A stretch of DNA of 64,000 nucleotides from Mobula birostris (Eukaryota), in assembly GCF_030028105.1 (NCBI RefSeq), contig NC_092376.1, forward strand, positions 44,564,935-44,628,934, read 5' to 3'. This document shows, piece after piece, positions 60,978 to 64,000 of this stretch (positions are counted from its first letter, which is position 1; each line of letters begins with the position of its first letter). The notes beneath the pieces are model-generated. The model worked only from the letters and a program-made list of their open reading frames with translations, did no database searches and was not told the DNA's origin. Made by a program: the position numbers and the translations under genes.

Positions 60978-63830
60978 CCTAAGACATAGGAGCAAAGTTA
61001 GGCCATTCAGCCAATCAAGTCTGCTCTGGCATTCCATCATAACTGATTTATTATTCTTCTCAATCCCATTCTCCTGCATTTCTCCATAATCTTTGACACC
61101 CCAATTAATCAAGAACCTATCAACTTCCAGTGTAAAAATAACCATTGCCTTGGCCTGCACAGCCATCTGAAACAATGGACTCCACAGATTCAACACCCTC
61201 TGGCTAAAGAAATTTTTTCTCATCTCTGTTCTAAATGGACGTCCCTCAATTCTGAGGCTGTGTCCTCCGGTCCGAGACTCCATCACTATAGGAAACATCC
61301 TCCCCACATCTGCTCTATCTAGGCCTTTCAATTTTTGATAGTTTTCAATAAGATCCTGCCCTCATTCTTCTAAACTCCAGGGAGTACAGGCCCAGAGCCA
61401 TCAAATGCTCCTCAGACGTTAACCCTTTTCTTCCTGGTATCATTCTTGTGAACAACCCATGGACCCTCTTGTATGCCAGCCCATCTTTTCTTAGATAAGG
61501 GGTCCAAAACTGCTCAAAATACTCCAAGTGCACTCTGACCAATGCCTTATATGAACGTTATATCCTTGCTTTTGTATTCTAGTCCTCTTGAAATGAACGC
61601 TAACATTGCATTGTCTTACTTACCACCAACTCAACCTGTGAGTTAACCATCAGGGAATCCTGCACAAGGACTGGCAGGTCTCCTTGCACCTCTGGTTTTT
61701 GAATTTTCTCCCCATTTAGAAAATAGTCCAGGCCTTTATTCCTTTTACCAATGTGCATAACCATACACTTCCCTACACTATGTTCCATCTGCACTTCTTT
61801 ACACATTCCCTCAAGCTGCAGAAACCCCGCTTCCTCAACACCACCTGCCCCTCCATCTATCTGTGTATTGTCTGCAAACAAGGCCTTCAATTCCTTCATC
61901 CAAATTATTGACCCGTAACATGAAAAGAAGTGGTCCCAACACCGATCCCTGTGGCACACCTAGTCACCGGCAGCCAACCAGAATAAACCCCCTTTATTCC
62001 CACTCCTTGCTCCTGCCAGTCAGCCAATCTTCTATTCATGCCAGTACCTTTCTTGTAATACCACGGGCTCTTGTTTTGTTAAGCAACCTCATGTGCAGTA
62101 CCTTGTCAAAGGTCTTCTGAAAATCCAAATAAGCAACATGCACTGGCTCTCTTTTGTCTATCTTGCCTGTTATTTCCTCATACTTGACAGACAAGAGTTT
62201 CCCTTAAGGAAACTATGCTGACTTTGGCCTATTTTATCATATGCCTCCAAGTACCCCAAAACCTCCTTCTTAATAATGGGCTCCAATATCTTTCCACTGA
62301 AGTCAGGCTAATTGGCCTATAATATCCTTTCTTCTAACTCCTACTGTTTGTAGAGAGAAGCAATTCTCCAGTCTTCAATAACCATCCCAGAGTCTAGTGA
62401 TTCTCGAAAGATCATTATTAATAATGCCTCCACAATCCCTTCAGCTACCTCTTTCAGAAACCTGGGGTGAAGTCATCTGGTCCAGGTGACTTATCTACCT
62501 TCAGAAACTTCAGCTTCACAAGCACCTTCTCCTTTGTAATAGCAGTGGCACTCACTTCTGTCCCCTGACATTCTCACATTTTTGGTATTCTGCTAGTGAT
62601 TTCACAGTGAAGACTGATACAAAATACTTATTCAGTTCATCCACCATTTCTTTGTCCCCCCCGTTACTACCTCTCCAGCATTATTTTCCAGCGGTCCGAT
62701 GTCTACTCTCGCTTCTCTTTTGAGTGAGGTTTCGAATGTGAGTAATGCGTCGTAGCTGTCTACGTCATACTCAAGCCAGTGCATTAGCCAGGGCAGTTCA
62801 ATATGGAGAAAAAGCTGTTGCCCATGCAGCAAGCTCCCTCTCTCCACACAGTTGATGAATGCAGAGGGAAGGCAGAGACTGATACCGTACAGTATTCGCG
62901 GTGTCGGAGGAGTTGTCAGTCAATGTTGAACTCAATGTAGGACTAGGGACTCCAGCGCTGTGGATTTTCCTTGGGGTTTCCTCCGGAAGCCTACCCCATG
63001 AGTGGTTTTAAGATCAGAGTTTTTTCCTTCTCCTAGATGAGCTGCCAACCACGGCTGGTAAACCCCATCAGTCCGAAGCAACTGATTTTAAGGTGCCAGT
63101 ATCCACCTTGGTCTCTTCTCCTGTCAGCCAGGGTCTATAGCTAAGCCGTACATGAAGGGCAGTAGCTGGACTCGGTTGTCAGGGGCTATTTGAAAGGCAG
63201 GCCATTGTGAGCATTTAATAGGTAGTGGGAGCTTGTCCCCATTACCACCCCTGGCTATGACAACCTTAGGGTCTCTTACTCTTTATATATCTGAAAAAAC
63301 TTTTTGTACCGTCTTTTATATTATTGGCTACCTTACCTTCATATTTCATCTTTACTCTCCTCATGGCTTTTTTCATTGCTTTTTGTTGATTTTTAAAAGC
63401 TTCCTAATCCTCTACTTTCCCACTAATCACAGTATTGCAACATTGACCTTTTTACGTGCCTTTTCTATCTCCCACATCATGTCTACTGTTTGGAGGCCTG
63501 TGTATAACTCCCATTAGGATCTTTTTACCCATGCTGTTTCTTAACTCTATCCACAAGGATTCTACATCTTCCAATCCTATGTCACCTCTTTCTAAGGATT
63601 TGATTTTTTTACCAACAGAGCCACCCCACCCCCTCTCTCTACATGCCTGTCCTTTCCATATAACTTGTATCCTTGGATGTGAAGCTCCCAACTGCATTCC
63701 TCTTTCAGCCATGACTCAGAGATACCCACTTCATACTTGCCAATCTCTAACTGCGCTACAAGATCATCTACTTTATTCTATATATGGCATGTATTCAAAT
63801 ATAACACCTTCAGTCCTGTAATCATCACCC
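60978..63830 (-). mobile_element. Older CR1 LINE interrupted by an RTE-like fragment
   Basis: ORFs 60969-61959 (VRVHLEYFEQFWTP, FADNTQ) and 63452-63712 (ESLWIELRN..GVIHRPPN); 3' tail aagacataggagcaaagttaggccattcag. Confidence 0.9.
62730..63270 (-). mobile_element. RTE-like 5' region or derived non-autonomous element
   Basis: Interrupts the CR1 (which resumes at tctcttactctttatatatctgaaaaaac); contains ttttccttctcctagatgagctgccaacc, a motif I associate with RTE 5' regions. Confidence 0.45.
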
Positions 63831-63884
63831 TTTTTGATTCTGGCCTCCTGTTCCACTTTAACTCACTCCAATGAATGCAATTTT

Positions 63885-64000
63885 CAAAGTCTAAAATTCA
63901 AAGTAAATTTATTATCAAAGTATGTATACTATATACAACTTAGAGATTTGTCTTCTTACAGACAAAGAAACCCAATAGAACCCATAAAAAACAAGAAAAC
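63885..64000 (-). repeat. Rex1/Babar-type 3' tail
   Basis: ttcaaagtaaatttattatcaaagtatgtat is the reverse complement of the tail at 52515-52545. Confidence 0.6.

Overview
This is vertebrate genomic DNA. The repeat content (CR1 LINEs with esterase ORF1, Penelope-like GIY-YIG elements, V-SINEs, Rex1/Babar) suggests a cartilaginous fish; that is an inference. The only intact gene is SACS (sacsin): the end of its last intron, the giant terminal coding exon (7351-18914, +) and a ~2.9 kb 3'UTR. The remaining ~42 kb is nested transposon debris (CR1, L2, L1/Tx1, Rex1/Babar, RTE-like, Penelope-like, Gypsy, solo LTRs, Tc1, a non-autonomous Helitron). Two hidden layers are not explained by the ORF track. 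(1) The commonest short repeat carries a minimal type I hammerhead ribozyme motif, with one copy retaining an intact core at 37501-37538. (2) The non-repeat islands between transposons look like remnants of decayed large-exon genes: a partly duplicated minus-strand gene (~46830 to 23385) and a head-to-head plus-strand gene (from 48298). Both carry repeated 'LE-x-N/H..K..GLP..S..F-x-P'-like motifs reminiscent of SPATA31/FAM205/CCDC168 testis proteins. That family assignment is by eye and needs an HMM search. Repeat boundaries are approximate unless terminal motifs are quoted.
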